64,000 bases of DNA from Fimbriosthenelais zetlandica (taxonomy: Eukaryota). Positions 37,865-51,663 of the stretch are shown piece after piece (the first letter of the stretch is position 1; each line of letters starts with the position of its first letter). The translations under genes and the position numbers were made by a program. The notes below the pieces were generated by a model. It was given only the letters and a program-made list of their open reading frames with translations. It had not been told where the DNA came from and did no database searches. The stretch is taken from assembly GCA_977030845.1 (NCBI GenBank), contig OZ365113.1, forward strand, positions 19,716,001 to 19,780,000. The letters are read 5' to 3'.

Positions 37865-39808
37865 TGGCTTCTAGTTACAGCCGGAGAAGGCAAGGGCTAA
37901 TGTTCAGCAACTCACCCAGACTTACTATCATATTTATGATTAGATCCAAGAGATCAAGAAGGCTTTTGGAATTAAGAGCAGGACATAAAATAACTTCCTG
38001 AATATGATGCTTCCCCACCCAACATCTTATGATTACTTTCATGAGGCAGACAATAGGAATAATGATCCATTCTAGAAGAGTCTTTATCAAAGTCAGTTGT
38101 CTGAACTTCAATGGCCCCTTATTTATAATTTGTATTAATTGGATTACCAACAATTCGGGTACTGATATCAAAGGCTTCCTTTAAGAAGTCTGGCAGCATG
38201 TTCGTGCATTGTATTTGTATCAAAGCATCTCATCTTAGCCTCCCCATGGTGAAGCTATGGAGTCCTACTCACAAACACAACCTTGCATCCAATTCAGACA
38301 TGCAGATGTATCTATTCCATACTGAGCTAGAGCCTTGGAACTACTTAAAAGTAACCCATAACTCAGAGTGCAAGGATGCACATCTAGCTAGATTCTCTGA
38401 CAACCTTGCCCACCCACTTCCCACTGCTAAACGATTTATAGCTACAACAAGAATCCACGTTTAAACTAAAACAGATAAGGTCAGAGTGGGGAATCATGAT
38501 GTATCCCCATTGCACACTGTCTTCTATATACAAAGCTCTAAGTATTGTATACACCGTATGGGTTGAGGTAGCAGTATAATAGCAGTTTTCAAGGAGGCGG
38601 AACGCTCCCTAACAAGGCCCTTGTTATTTTCCTTACAGAAGACCGGGGATTATTGACCAAAGTTTACATTATCTACTAATGCAATGCCCATTTTAACATG
38701 TTAGATAACACAGTAAGTGGGAAAATAATGCCAGAAAGGACGTGTCAGAGATCTATAGTTCTTGAAGATAGACCTTTGTATGTGCAGAACATCTGTTCTA
38801 CATTTTGTGTTATTTAATGCCTGAATCTGACACTTTCCCTTGCAAAGGAATCCCATACAGAAGGTCTGTATTTGTGTGGCACATCAGATGGTCTGGATTG
38901 GTATTCAACTGAAATCAATCGATTCTTTAGTTTGAATATACCAGCACTGAGCCAGGTTCCAGTCGTTTCCCAGAATCCTTCTGGTTCCTGCTTGGACAAT
39001 GGTAGACTAAGTCTACTAAAAGTTGTGTTAAAATGTTGAAATGATTAACATAGCAGCCATGAGTCTTCATTAAGCTGGCATGGATTCATTATAAGGATTA
39101 ACAGAAGTGCTTGAATCCCTGCCTGCCTCAGTCTTGGACCAAGGCTGACAGGCAGATTGCATGACCACTGTACTCCTCACCCTCCTGGCTCTATTAGCCC
39201 CACCAACATAAAAAGGGAGGTGTTCGGGGCTTATGTTTCCACCCATTCACACAGATCCCATTTCTAATTTGCAACTGGCCAACAAACCCTTGAGCTAGGA
39301 AAAAAAACTTTGGGGTCAAGGCTCGGGAAAATGGAGTAGCCATGTTGAAGGCCTTGTAGCAATGTTTCCCGGCCATTTTGGTAGAACCAACGACACTATA
39401 ACAAGTTTCACGGCGCCCTACATCTACCTACGATAGCCCAATATCTCAGGCTATATAGCCACCCGAGCGGGGGATCCAATGGGGTACCTCCTACAGATGG
39501 GATTACCACAGGCAGTTAATTTCCATTGGATTGTTCTCAGGCAAATCCTCTTGAGAAAGCGAGAAAGAGAAAGTCCACTTAAAACAAAGGCTAGTAGACA
39601 AACTGTTCAATATACCGCTGCTCTACAGGGAAAACTAACAATAGTTCTCAACGAACGGAGAGCCTCTGGCAACCAAAAATTCCCAGAGCATTTTATACCA
39701 GAAATTACCAGGATCGATAACTATCGAACACGCCAAGGCTTAACAATGGGTCAGTCGGAAATCTACTTGCCACGGTTACAACTTTCAATTATGAGGAATC
39801 CATGCTGA
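37865..39808 (+). pseudogene. Decayed plus-strand ORF block of unknown function
   Basis: Frames such as LQPEKARANVQQLTQTYYHIYD*IQEIKKAFGIKSRT*NNFLNMM, the 38198-38464 ORF, MLDNTVSGKIMPERTC...GTSDGLDWYSTEINRFF and the 39479-39808 ORF. Confidence 0.45.
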
Positions 39809-41779
39809 TAAGTAAAAACTCAGCGTTCCATTTCTGTTTCAATTTCTATAGGTCGGGGATTGAAAGAGAAATAGGAAATGGAAAGCTGACGGATGAATCA
39901 GACGTAATGCAATGAAATACATAAATGAGATATTCTACAGATGAAGTACCTTGTGTGTAGTTTGTATGACCGACTCCTATATTGCCCTGATTAAATCAAG
40001 TCAATGTAATGGAACAACATTTCCAAGTGTCTACTTGAGGCGCCTCGTAGAGACGCGGCGCATCTCCCCCATACACAACCTTGTAATCAGACAATCCAAA
40101 TATGATAAGATCATCCCATGATAATAAATCACTTTTTGTACTATGCTCTCTCATATTCTCCCACTCCATCTTGGCCCTAGACGCAGCCATAAGAAAAATT
40201 GCCAATGCAAGACAGAGAAAGCAACAAAAGGAAGAAGCCAGAAGGAAAAGTATCAGAAAGTATCAGTATAATAGTATATTTTGCTGACATTATCAATCAG
40301 TGTGATAAGAGTTAACCCTGCTGCGACCCTTTCATAGAAGCTGGCAATATTCTGCTATTAGTGTCATTAAATCACATAAGTAGTATATGGAAATATCCCT
40401 GATATTATGGGAATATCATGTTTGTGACTCACTAGACATTCTAGATTCTGCCTTCCCTAAAGCAAAACACGGAAGAACTGATCCGTTAAAAGCATTAAAA
40501 CACTGTAGTAGCAGTTGGCAGTTCACGAGAATCTATGTCTTGCAGCCTTAAAAGTGATTTTTCTGGTATGAACTATTTCATCTAAGAGGTGTGCTCGTGC
40601 AGGCTCAGGAATCACAGGCGAGTGAGGTGTTAGGGCAATCCCAAGGGTACAACCAGCGTAAATGTGATTTTCTCACTCCATCTTCAGCATCACATCAGCC
40701 ACTTCAGCTAGAATTAGACAGTCACGTATCTGTATCAGGATATATGGTTTTTATGACTGTCTATAAAAGCTCGAAGATAGCTGATATCATTCTGGAGGAA
40801 GCACAGGCCCTATATATACCACCTATAACCATTATGAAGCATTCCCTAAAGGAACACGATGGTTCCACATCACCCAAGACAGAGCACCCCCCCCCCCCCC
40901 CTCCCCCCTTCCCGCTGGGGATCCTCACAAAACTAAACAATACCGCTAGTGATAGGGGAAGACATGACGTGACTGCTGGTGTTACAGAGAGGATCTGCCC
41001 TCGCCGACACTAAATGTGAGAGAAGTGACGCCTGTGTAATTAGGTCGTCGGGTCCTGGTCTTCATACCGCAGACAATATTACCAACACTCTTCAGATCTA
41101 ATTATCTTCTGGTGCCTATATAGCCAGGATCAGCGCCAGATAGGCAGAAAGTCAGCATCCCGAAACTTGAAAGTTTGAATTAAGTTTCCTCTCCGTGCTT
41201 TCGGTGAGGGAACCCAGGGAAGCTTCACTGTCACAGGAGTGCCCGTTGGGATAAAATATATCCCTATAAGTTTCATGATTCCATTACCTGGCCAGATCAG
41301 TATATCTTGCTTTAGAGGGGAAAGCTCCTTGGCAACACTGTGTAATTCACTTACCACCATGTAGCCAACACATGACAATGGCAGGACCTACCACGGCATC
41401 CAATGCATCTAGCACGGTCAAATTAATAGGCACCCAAGAGTGCCACTCGGAAAATGGTCATTGATCATTGGATGTGGGTCATGAATATTACTGACAGCAA
41501 AATATAACTAACACAAAAATCCCATAGTCAGTACCAGTGGATTGTGGATTCTCATATTCCGGGAAGCCAGCCATGTTCTGGCTTTACTGATATTGGTGAT
41601 TTACGTGGTGTGGTCCAATCCCTCGGAGCCGGGCCAAAAAATGTCCCTTTTATCTGCTATTAGTAAAGCCGTAATCAAAGCGGCATCCCTTTTTCCACAA
41701 AAAAAGTTAATCCCAAAGTTCGCCACTTTCCAGAAAGTTAAAATCCAATGAGAGCCATAATGACTTGACAGCATGCGAT

Positions 41780-43930
41780 CTCGGCAGATAACAACCTTGA
41801 TGATGTCAGAATTTCGTGGCCTGGAAAAGGTCTACTTCAATTTCTGAAGCTTATGGGATTGACTTCCTAACTCAGAAGTTAGCTTTTTGATGTAAAGGAC
41901 GCTTTGAATCGAGTTATGATGGCCACCGCTGATTATTTCTGTCAGGAGCTGGCTCCTGCGCAGGCCTGTAAATCCTCAAAGAAAATTGCATGTAATTAAT
42001 CATACTTAAAGATTTTCAATTACCAGTGGAATATTCCAAAGTCTATCCTAGATATATTACCACCGAATAGTACGGTTTTCACCGGCCTATGGGGCCCACG
42101 ATACCAGTTCTGATTTAATGTGATCAGTTGAACTCATCAAGATGATTCAATATATTTGGGTTGGCAATATACAGGCAGCAGTTGTGACCAACAAACGCAA
42201 TAGTGATGGAAAGCAATAAAACCTTCGTCAAAGATTCAAGCTTTGATATTAGATAATTGATGGCACCCTCCAAATGGATGTCCAACCTGAAATCAATCTG
42301 GGCATGCAGTTGTCAGCCATGGAGAGCAGCATGCCGTGTCTATAAGGATTAGGCCTTCACTTGGCAACTAAATCAACTCTAGCACTGTGAAGTGATCGAT
42401 ACAACAATGGTCTGACGGCAATTCATCCAGTTATAGCCTCACAAATCCTCTATCCATTCAACTATGGCATCATCGTGTGAAAGATTTAAGGTAGATCTGA
42501 CTTCAGTCATTTGCCTTCATCCCACTTTGCCCTATCATCGGGCTAAACGCATTGTTCCATTATGTCTCGCCTGATATGGCACGACATTTAGACATGTGAA
42601 CAGTTTCACAGGCTCAAAATGTCCACTTTCATCAGGCAGCAGCCGGGCTGATAAATCCCACCGTTGCATGGCAACAGTGCAAAATCCTCTGACAGGTTTA
42701 TTTTTCTTTAAATAACAGTGTTGCGAAATTCATTTTCACTGTTTTTTTAATGTTTGAAAGCTACTGGGGCAAAGCGGCTGGTGAATGCATGCAGGCAATA
42801 CAGCGATCTGAAGGTGTCAGAGAGGTTTTGTCCATGCAATGGAATAAATGGTACAAATAATGGAAACTTAACCGAACTTAACTCAAAGGACAGAGCCATT
42901 AGCATCAGTTCAAAAAACCAGGACAAGTAAGCGAGATATTTTGGAAGAGGAGTCTGCAATGAAACATTCGAAGCTCCAAGGCCATGAAATCAAGTACATT
43001 CAATAAAGAAAAGTATTCAGACATGCAACCCGCCATTCTCAGACTGTCAAGGCACTAATGGAAATGAGAGAATTTGGTGCTGACATGAGAAAGTTGTTTG
43101 GAAACAACTTAATCCATTAACACCATTGTGAAACTCAGAATACCATCGACCCTTTCACTTAAAATATTTTATCTAATTTTCAAAATAAAATGAGATATTA
43201 TTATTCATTTTAACCGCCCAATATTATTAATAACTCAATAAATCCCTTCGCTGATACCACAAAGTAACAGGAGAGAGCATGCTCCATGGCTGGAACCAGG
43301 AATGAGTTCCAGGAGAATGAGAAGTTCCCTTGAGAGTGTATACCTCTCGACTATCTTGGCACATCTTAATGCTATAGTGAGGATCCTGCCAAGTCTGGAA
43401 ACAAAATAATACCAGTAGAACTATTCTGACACAAGTTACAGGTAGGCCATGGAAATCCTACATTAATCATTCGGCAGGAAGTAATATTATATTCGGGATT
43501 AGTCCGTAACATTTGGGGGGACCACACATTTAAATAAGATTATATATAATAGATCTACATACTCTGGATATACAGATTAGTATGTCCTTTTTACAAGATT
43601 ACGCCAACAACCTGAAGGTCCAATCTTCCAACAAGACCCACTTTTCCAATATACCCATAGAAGGCCAACTGCCTAGAGCAATGAACCACCAATATTTCAC
43701 AGATCCCAAATAAAAATACCCAAATGTCTCCTCCAGAAGGATATCCCTCATTGGGTTCGAGACCAAAGAAAAGGTGGGAGAATCCAGCAAGCCGAACCTG
43801 TTCCTAGTTCAAAGACTTCTTTTTAATAATGTCAAGAAAGTAGGGGGATTGAATGGCGGAATAGTGGATAATGTTTATTTAAATGGGATGTGTGTTTCTC
43901 AGTACATGTAGTATAGCCGCAGGCTCCAAT
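41780..43930 (+). pseudogene. Decayed plus-strand ORF block of unknown function
   Basis: ADNNLDDVRISWPGKGLLQFLKLMGLTS*...; ...MSFLQDYANNLKVQSSNKTHFSNIPIEGQLPRAMNHQYFTDPK*KYPNVSSRRISLIGFETKEKVG. Converges on a minus-strand block near 43950. Confidence 0.45.
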
Positions 43931-43949
43931 GGGGAAGCCCTCATCTAAG

Positions 43950-44720
43950 AACAACTTCAATCGCTTATGTGATGATCACAAGAACCTAGGAGCCATTTCA
44001 TTACTTAAATGTTTGAAATGTGTACACTTATCGATCTGCCTCCAAGTTAAATGCTGTGGCAGCTTGTAATTAACTTCCTCAAAAGGCTATTTAAGGTTTT
44101 ATTGGGTCCATTATTTTGGAAATTGCATCACACATGGCGGATCGGCTGTGAACTGCTTGAAGGTAAATTAGTCTTCTACGTCATTTCATAAAATTTGTAA
44201 CCATGGTAACTCCAAGGAAGTATATCATAACTCGTACGGATAACCAAAAATATTTTCGAAAATCAAGATTTAAGGGAGTTCAGTTTGTTCTCAACATGCA
44301 TGCTCATATTCAGGCTATTGCCTCATTCCCTGCATGGCAGCACTGACCCTAAAATCACATAACAAAGCCTGCCATAACCGAGCCAAGGACGCCATTGCAT
44401 GTTTCAGAAAGTTATGCCTAGTTATCGAACCCCAACTCCTGATATCTGTGGCCCAAACTCCCAGCATGGGGCTTTTAAAACCCAAAAGATCATGTAGGCC
44501 ATAAACGTCAGATCCAGCTTCCCATGTACAAAAAGCATTAACACACTTAATTGCATTCACTTTTACATTACCAGTTTCTAGGTCTAATGGATTGACGATA
44601 GGTACTGCAATCACAGATCTATGTATTCTTTAGATATCCCTTGGGCAATTATGGCAATACACCTGAGGGATATCCTTTTCAATATTAGAAGACATTTTGA
44701 ATGTCACTTCCATCATCTCA
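43950..44720 (-). pseudogene. Decayed minus-strand ORF of unknown function
   Basis: MMEVTFKMSSNIEKDIPQVYCHNCPRDI*RIHRSVIAVPIVNPLDLETG... runs into the 44315-44614 ORF and continues with isolated stops. Confidence 0.45.
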
Positions 44721-47270
44721 TGTGGAGAAAATGTCCCTATTATAAATGAGGGAAATAATGAAGTATGTGTTTATAGTCGGGCAGAGTGGTTGTTCGCCTG
44801 AAGAAGCAATAATACTCTTCTATTTGTAACATGCTAGAGCTCTATGTTTATGCACATATATATAAGTCAGAGTTATAGTGATATTACCTGACTTTGTAGT
44901 GCAAACTTTGAATAAGATTAGTGGACTGATGTCTCTATAATCTGATTTTATCAATGGACTGCCGTATACCAATTGCTTGGCTGTAACGACTGCGTCCCAG
45001 ACAGTGCCAGCCAGCTATGAGAATTGCTCCTGGAAATCACATTATTATCCTATAAGTCCTGCATATCTTCAATGTCAGTGTCACAGCGAGGGAACGCTGG
45101 GGAACAACATGGAACATCAACTGTATACATTAACAGGTACGATACAATTCCACGTAGAGATACGTACAAAATGGGACATTATGCAGATCCCAATCTCATC
45201 AAACTAAGACCATTATTACGCGTACCAAAACGTATCTAATCAAGAAATCAGTTCTGTTAACAAAGGGCAGCCCACGATTTTTTCATATTACCCTCACATT
45301 CTGTACCACTGAATCAAGTTGTCTGGTGGTATATCGTATATTAAGGTTAGGACACACTGAGGTTCTCGGTTTTAGACTCCCACTGCTTATGTATTGTGCC
45401 TTATGCATTACAAGGAGGCCACCATATCATACTTACCATATGTGCCACCAGTGTGGTCAAACTCAAACCTGCTATGATCTTTCAACATCTATACCTTAAG
45501 ACCTCCACAGGGCCTTAGTGGAGCATCAGGTTGTGATATATGACCCGGCCCGGCTCTGTCCCTCAATACAACCAGGGCCACTCATGGCAGATGTCTGCAG
45601 AAGCAGTGTAGTTGACATTAGTGATCTATCGCCACAGTTCTGGCAGCACTGGCTGCTTTGACCAATAGATCATGACGGCTAAAGGTTAGGCCGTTTAAAG
45701 AGGGAATGGCCAGTTTTCTACATGCTGGACTCGACTGACCTCCTAGTGACAGGCAGGGGAGCAGACATATGGTATAGCGGGGTGGTGCGGACAGGGAGGG
45801 AGCTGGCTGCTCAGTGCCGACACACTGACAGACTGATGGATCGAGGGGCTTAATGGGAATATCTCTTAGTAATCCTGTCATGTCAAATCAGTGGCTCCAT
45901 GGTCTCCATGATTGACAGTCTAAAGGCTTTTTCTTCCGTTGATTCTCATGAATATACAAGAGTGAAGGCAGAAGGAAAAATGGACAGCTCCGGCTGAAAT
46001 GGCTCCACGATGAAGGAAATATCAAGCGCCCCATCCACTTTCAGTTTCATGAATGAATATCATTAGGGTATTTAATTTTTCATCGATATTCTCAGGGGGA
46101 TCTGCCAAGGCAGAATTCCAAGTAAGGCATTTTTCTCAGAGAATCAAATGGATAAACAAATATATATGTAGTAGAAGAATTCACAGGAAGATATATTATG
46201 TGAGTTGAAAGACCTCACACTGACAGTTATAGGTGCAAGAAAGTTGATACTTGATCAAAGAAACCGGTAGAAAGCGAGCGAAAACAACAAAGTATGAAAC
46301 AGTTAAAAAAGGGGTGATTCCTTTCTGGAAGAGGGGAGACCATTGGAAGTAGGGGTTGGGGCTGGGGGGCCTGTTTGAGCTGGAATAGAGAGAGTGACGG
46401 ATGAGAATCCCTAACCAATGAAGTTAGAGACCAATGGAGTGGAGGACTGGGCCATTCTACTAATCCCACGCAGCTAGCTGTAAATCAGACAGCAAAGACC
46501 GTTAGGGCACTCCTGGGAGGCCACCATAAAGGCGGGCAGGCCCAGATCCTCAGATCTCTCCTGACCTCTGGATCCCTCTTCATCTGACAAAGGTGATCGG
46601 GAGGAGCCGGGAGGAAGGGGGGTTGGGGGTGGCGGGCAGGGGGACGGTGTGAAATGATGGTTTAGTCAATGCAAGTAGAGGCATCCTCTTGTGCTGTCTC
46701 AGGTCGAATCGAGAGTCTCCTCCAAGGTTTATGTCTCTCACTCTGTCTCCAGGGCTCTTTACTCAGTCTCAACATCTAGCTTTCTCCAGTCTCATTCCGT
46801 CCTTGTGTTCTCACTGCCATCAAGGCTATCTAGGGTCTCACCATCATTCTAAGCCCATCGCTCATACTTTCAGACTACATTATATCTTTATTATCAGTTA
46901 ACATTGACTGAGTAATATACTCACCAGTTCTGATATACACCAATTTTATACTAATTTCAATGAAAGTCACTAAAGCGAATAACCATGACATTTTTAACTC
47001 AACTAAATGTGTTGAGGAGGTCCAAGCTGGAGCCAGTATCTTTGTGTATGCCCTGCCTCACTCGGATTGATAGGCAGGATTATCATGCCCACACCCAGCC
47101 ACCTCCTCCCCCACCTCCTGTCACATCCTGCCACTTGCTTCTCTATTTTACTGCAAACTGGATCACTGCCCTCATCTGTCTGTCTCACACAGACAGGACA
47201 CCTTCCTCTATGCGGCATCTTCTTCAGGACACCCAGTAAAGACCTGCTCTATAATAATTATTGCTATACA

Positions 47271-47524
47271 CAGGGTTCCCAACAGTTCATGAAAACAAAA
47301 TTCCCTGAGTTTTCCCTGAGTTTTTTCCCATGTAGAAGCACACTGAACGTCAGTGGCGGGCATGGGATTGTACGCGTCAACCTACGAAAGATTATCCTTC
47401 TAAGCCAGTTTTGAAATTCCCTGATTTTTCCAGTTTTCTCAAATTCCCTGAGTTGTCCCTGTCTGGAAAAAGTGAAACTCATTTTCCAGGTTTTCCCTGA
47501 TTTCCAGAGTCTTTGGGAACCCTG
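47271..47524. mobile_element. MITE (254 bp) inserted into the viral fossil
   Basis: Terminal inverted repeats CAGGGTTCCCAA (47271) and TTGGGAACCCTG (ends 47524). Identical TATACA on both flanks (47265-47270, 47525-47530). Internal repeated ttccctga(g/t)tttt motifs. Confidence 0.85.
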
Positions 47525-49099
47525 TATACAAACCCTAGCCATTATTGTATATACCCATCATCTATATAGGTGGCCCAATAAGAAAACTCACCCTGTATTT
47601 CTTATACCTCGTATCTTACAACCTCACTTAATCCATCCAAATAGCAATGATGATTCTAATCCAACCGTGGAATGAAGCATACTGAAAAATCTGATGTTGC
47701 CAAGTCCCTTATTTCAATTAGCGATTAGAACATCCATTATACCAGTGGGAGGGAATGCCTCTACTACTTGTGTAAGGATGTGCAATCCCTTTAGATAAGA
47801 CCATCACATTGTACCAGATGAGATCCTAACCAAGTGGGAAAGACTGTTCTTTTTCTTTAAGCAGGGGGTGGAGGGACATGCTGGAGATATTCTAGATTAT
47901 TTCCGCTTGTGGTGGTGGTGATAAGAATAATGAGCTGTTGGTATGCAGCAAGAGAGGGCATAGTCCTCCAAGGCAGCGCAAATGCATCTGATTGGTCTAA
48001 TCCTCCTTTTACAGCCACATCATTATAAGTTCTACTGATAAAGACTTTCTACACATTATAAATATATTCCAAGGCAAAAGCTAGGTTTTCTGCTTGAAAT
48101 GGTAGGAATGGTTGGCGTGTAGGGAACGTTTAGCCGGGCATTAGTAAGATCAGGGGTTATCTGACCTCTTTTAAGTAATAGCCTCATAAACTGCAGCGAT
48201 ACAATTCATGGTTATCAGGATATATACCAGCGGATATATGGTACTATAACTTAGGAATCCACGCTAAGTTTTGTATAGCATTGCACTCGACGTATGGGAG
48301 CTTTAGGGAGTTTGAGATAACAAAGACTACGTCAATTCAGAATACAGGTATAGGCTATATTCCCTTTCATGCGTAAAAAAAATTATTCGACTAATTTTTC
48401 TTCAGATTACTAGGTATCCCGAGTTCAGTTTAGCTCTGATCTGATCACACTTGGCTCAACTGAGATTCACTGACACCTGAAGCTGCTTGTCTATGTATAA
48501 CCTGAGAAAGAAGTTTTATCCTAAAAGCTGAGCATACAGATGCAGGTAGTGAGATGAATCCTCACCCATCTGTAAGCCCCAACTCCATCAACCCACTTCT
48601 ACATTTACAAAGAGATTCAGCATCTACAGACGAACCTCCTGCTGGTAGAACCAGGATATACAGGTATTCCTATCCCTTCATTAGCCTCCAAGCTATACGT
48701 ACAGAAAAATCATAATCGTCATAAGTTTGTTCAGGTTTTTGCGCAATTTCGTCTGAGGCCCAATAAACAACTCTGCTTCCCATAAAGAAAGGGCATGGTA
48801 TTAGTTAAATCTAAAATTCATATTGACGTTCCATATTGCAAGGCAATAATTTTGTTCAGAAAAAAAAACATGTAAACATGAAGACATCTTGAACTTTCCG
48901 CCCTAAGTATACTTTTCTTTGTCAGGCTAATGACACTGATAATATATTTTTCCTCTGGACACATTTTGTTACTTCACACATCTGTTCTTCCCTGCTGGTC
49001 TCCATTACCGAGCCTATGAACTAATCTGTTGTGAATTATCATAGTTACAAGACCTCTCCTACATCGGCCGGATGAAGGACATATCATAGGATAACTAGG

Positions 49100-51663
49100 T
49101 CTGGCTCAGCAGGTTTTTCCAAGCGTCTCTATGCACCGGTTATTAGTATTTTATTTGCACAGATCAGGAGCAGGCGAGTGATTATCATCCGAGGAGGCCT
49201 TGTAATAGGGAAGGTTAAAGACTCGCCTGTCCATATATTACATGCCATGGCCTCGGCCAGCCATTAGGCAAAGCTTATGGCTGTGTACTGTGTAACCGGG
49301 ACTCAGGAGAACTATAGTGCCTCAGTGGAGCAGCAGGTGTCTCTCACTCAGTTCTTAGTGTTAATAGTGTCAGCATACCTGGGAGGGCTGGCGCGTTAGG
49401 GTATGTGGCATATTCAGCTTCACCAGGCCCCTTATCTGAACACCAGCGATAGTCCCGACACCTGCTGGTCATATCCAAGTCTCAGGAGAATCATCCCAAG
49501 TCCCAGGAGAACTAAAGTTTACGAGAACACACTTAGATCCTAACAAAGGTTCCATTCCCCAAAGCCAGACTTGTTGGCAAGGTTGTTCCGTTCTCATTTC
49601 AAAACAGATATGGACAATATAGATCAGGCTTTGAAGATATTAAATGGAAAACAGATGCAGGATCTGGAAGGTAATTATTTAGAATACAAGGGGACCCAAG
49701 TTCCATCTGTGTTTCTCAGCCGCGGTTCTTCGGGGGTCAGTAGACCCGGGCCAGCATCAAAGAGATAATTGACAGAAGGGATCTAACAGTGACATCCATC
49801 ATCAACTGGTCTTTATTGTCTGTGCAAACAAAGTAAGGAAAGGGGCGACTATTGTGTAAACTAATGGCTGCCACTAGCCCATTCATCATCCAATCTAGCC
49901 AGCAGTCGCCTTCAATGCTGCCTATAACTGGACCCAACACAGGCGCCCGCTTTAAACTCTGAAGGCTTAGTATCACCCAGGATCAACTCTGATCCAAAGC
50001 CTTTTGTGAAGCTAGATGAGGGCAATGAATTATGCTTACAGCCCCATGTCTCGCTTGAATATCAATACCCAACATCTTCGATCTGGGGCTGGAAGGCTTT
50101 GTGTTAAGGGGAGCTAACAAACCCTGCTGGGTACATTCTATAGATGGCACTGCTGCATGGAGAGGCTGCCATCGATTCTTGAGGCCAGATTCTAAAAGAC
50201 CAATATTAAAATCACTTGAACTTATGGTCCGATATATCATGTTTATAATGCACAAATGCACTGTTAACCAATGCCTAGAATACACTGACGAAATGTGATT
50301 ATAAGGGCTACTATATTCTATGTATGGAAGACTATAAGTAGTATAGGAAAAGGCATCGTTAACGCTGGCATGATCAATTAGTCAGAGCGTGTCGCCTAAT
50401 GGGATGGAGTGGGTAGTACAAGGAAAGTGTGAAATGTAGCAGGAAACCGAATCAGATGAACGTAATATTACAGAGTACTTCCTTGGGGGGATTATCATTT
50501 AAGGTAAAGCACAAAACGGTTTGAAAGCTTCAAATAAGCCTACAATCGGCATATGAAGCGAGCGCCTGTGAAAAGGCATTGCCTATATAACACTGCATCT
50601 GAGGGAAACTACCATTAAGAGGTTAACCCAACTTCCCTTCTGTCTTTCTATAAGGCAGTGCCTAAACACACAGAGGGCCAATGATGAGAATCAGGAGATG
50701 ATGGAGCTGGTACATTGTGCCTCTTTCTCTCAGCTTGTATCAACATTGTGCCAGAAGCTCTAAACAAACCGAAGCCTTGAGACGGCAGCCCGTGACAGAT
50801 ATTACACCCCGGCTCCATCCAACCATCACTGCTTCCTTATAGTGGCTGTAATGCTTGCCTCGCCCCAGGCTTTTACTGCCCTCTATTCACTCTATTCTCT
50901 AGTCCTTCACAGGCATAGTCTTCTATATATATACAGCGTCTTGCCTGCTTTGCCTCTTCCCCCAAATGCTCCACCACAAGCAAGGATTTGGGTCCTTGCT
51001 GAATGTGAGGTGCAATCTGCATTTTGATGTGTGAATGCATCCTAATCTGGCAGAACTCCCTACGGGTAAACACAAGATCCTACCATTCTTACTCACACAT
51101 CTCGCTGCCTCCCAATATCCATGGAGTTTAATTACCTTCAGAGCATGAATAATTAAGCTAAATAGCAGAAGGCTCAAACGAATTGAATTGCTGCTTTTTC
51201 TCAAAGATCCTCCATCTTTGGAGGTTGTTTGATGTAGAAGAGACAGTGGGAATCACAGATCCACTCGTTGACGAATCCATTAATAACCTTAAAATTTAAA
51301 ATTACGTTCAAGCGGACAACTGTTTCAGTAATTATATGCAAATGTTTCATATTAGCCATGCACCAAGACGTGAGGGAAGTGGGCACAAGACAAGCCGGAA
51401 TAATTTCCAGGAAATACATGTGCACCTCATGACAAAGGAAATTTATCCATAGAGAAGGGCATTAGGACTGACTGCGTGGTCTTTTTTCCACCACAACCAC
51501 TAGCACCAGAAGATGTCAGGACAAATGGAATAGTGTCGAGTGATGGATTCCCTCTCTTGTTACCATTTTCTTTATTCATTTCCTCCACTTCTCCCCCCTC
51601 CTCAACGTTAATGAAATGACTGGAGGGCGCTTTATGGCAAGGAAGAGAAGGATAAATTCCCAA
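49100..51663 (-). pseudogene. Herpesvirus UL5-like SF1 helicase pseudogene
   Basis: Ordered motifs: IPFVLTSSGASGCGGKKTTQ (51531-51472; cf. PF..ISG.AG.GKST), RCIYIEDYA (~50938-50913; cf. IVIDEAG), PSVCLGTAL* (50677-50648; cf. PVLVCVGSPTQ), INMIYR...DF..LLESGL (~50246-50181; cf. INNKRC..EF..LEYGL), SHKLCLMAGRGHGM (49282-49241; cf. SKLAMTITRSQGL). Boundaries approximate. Confidence 0.72.
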
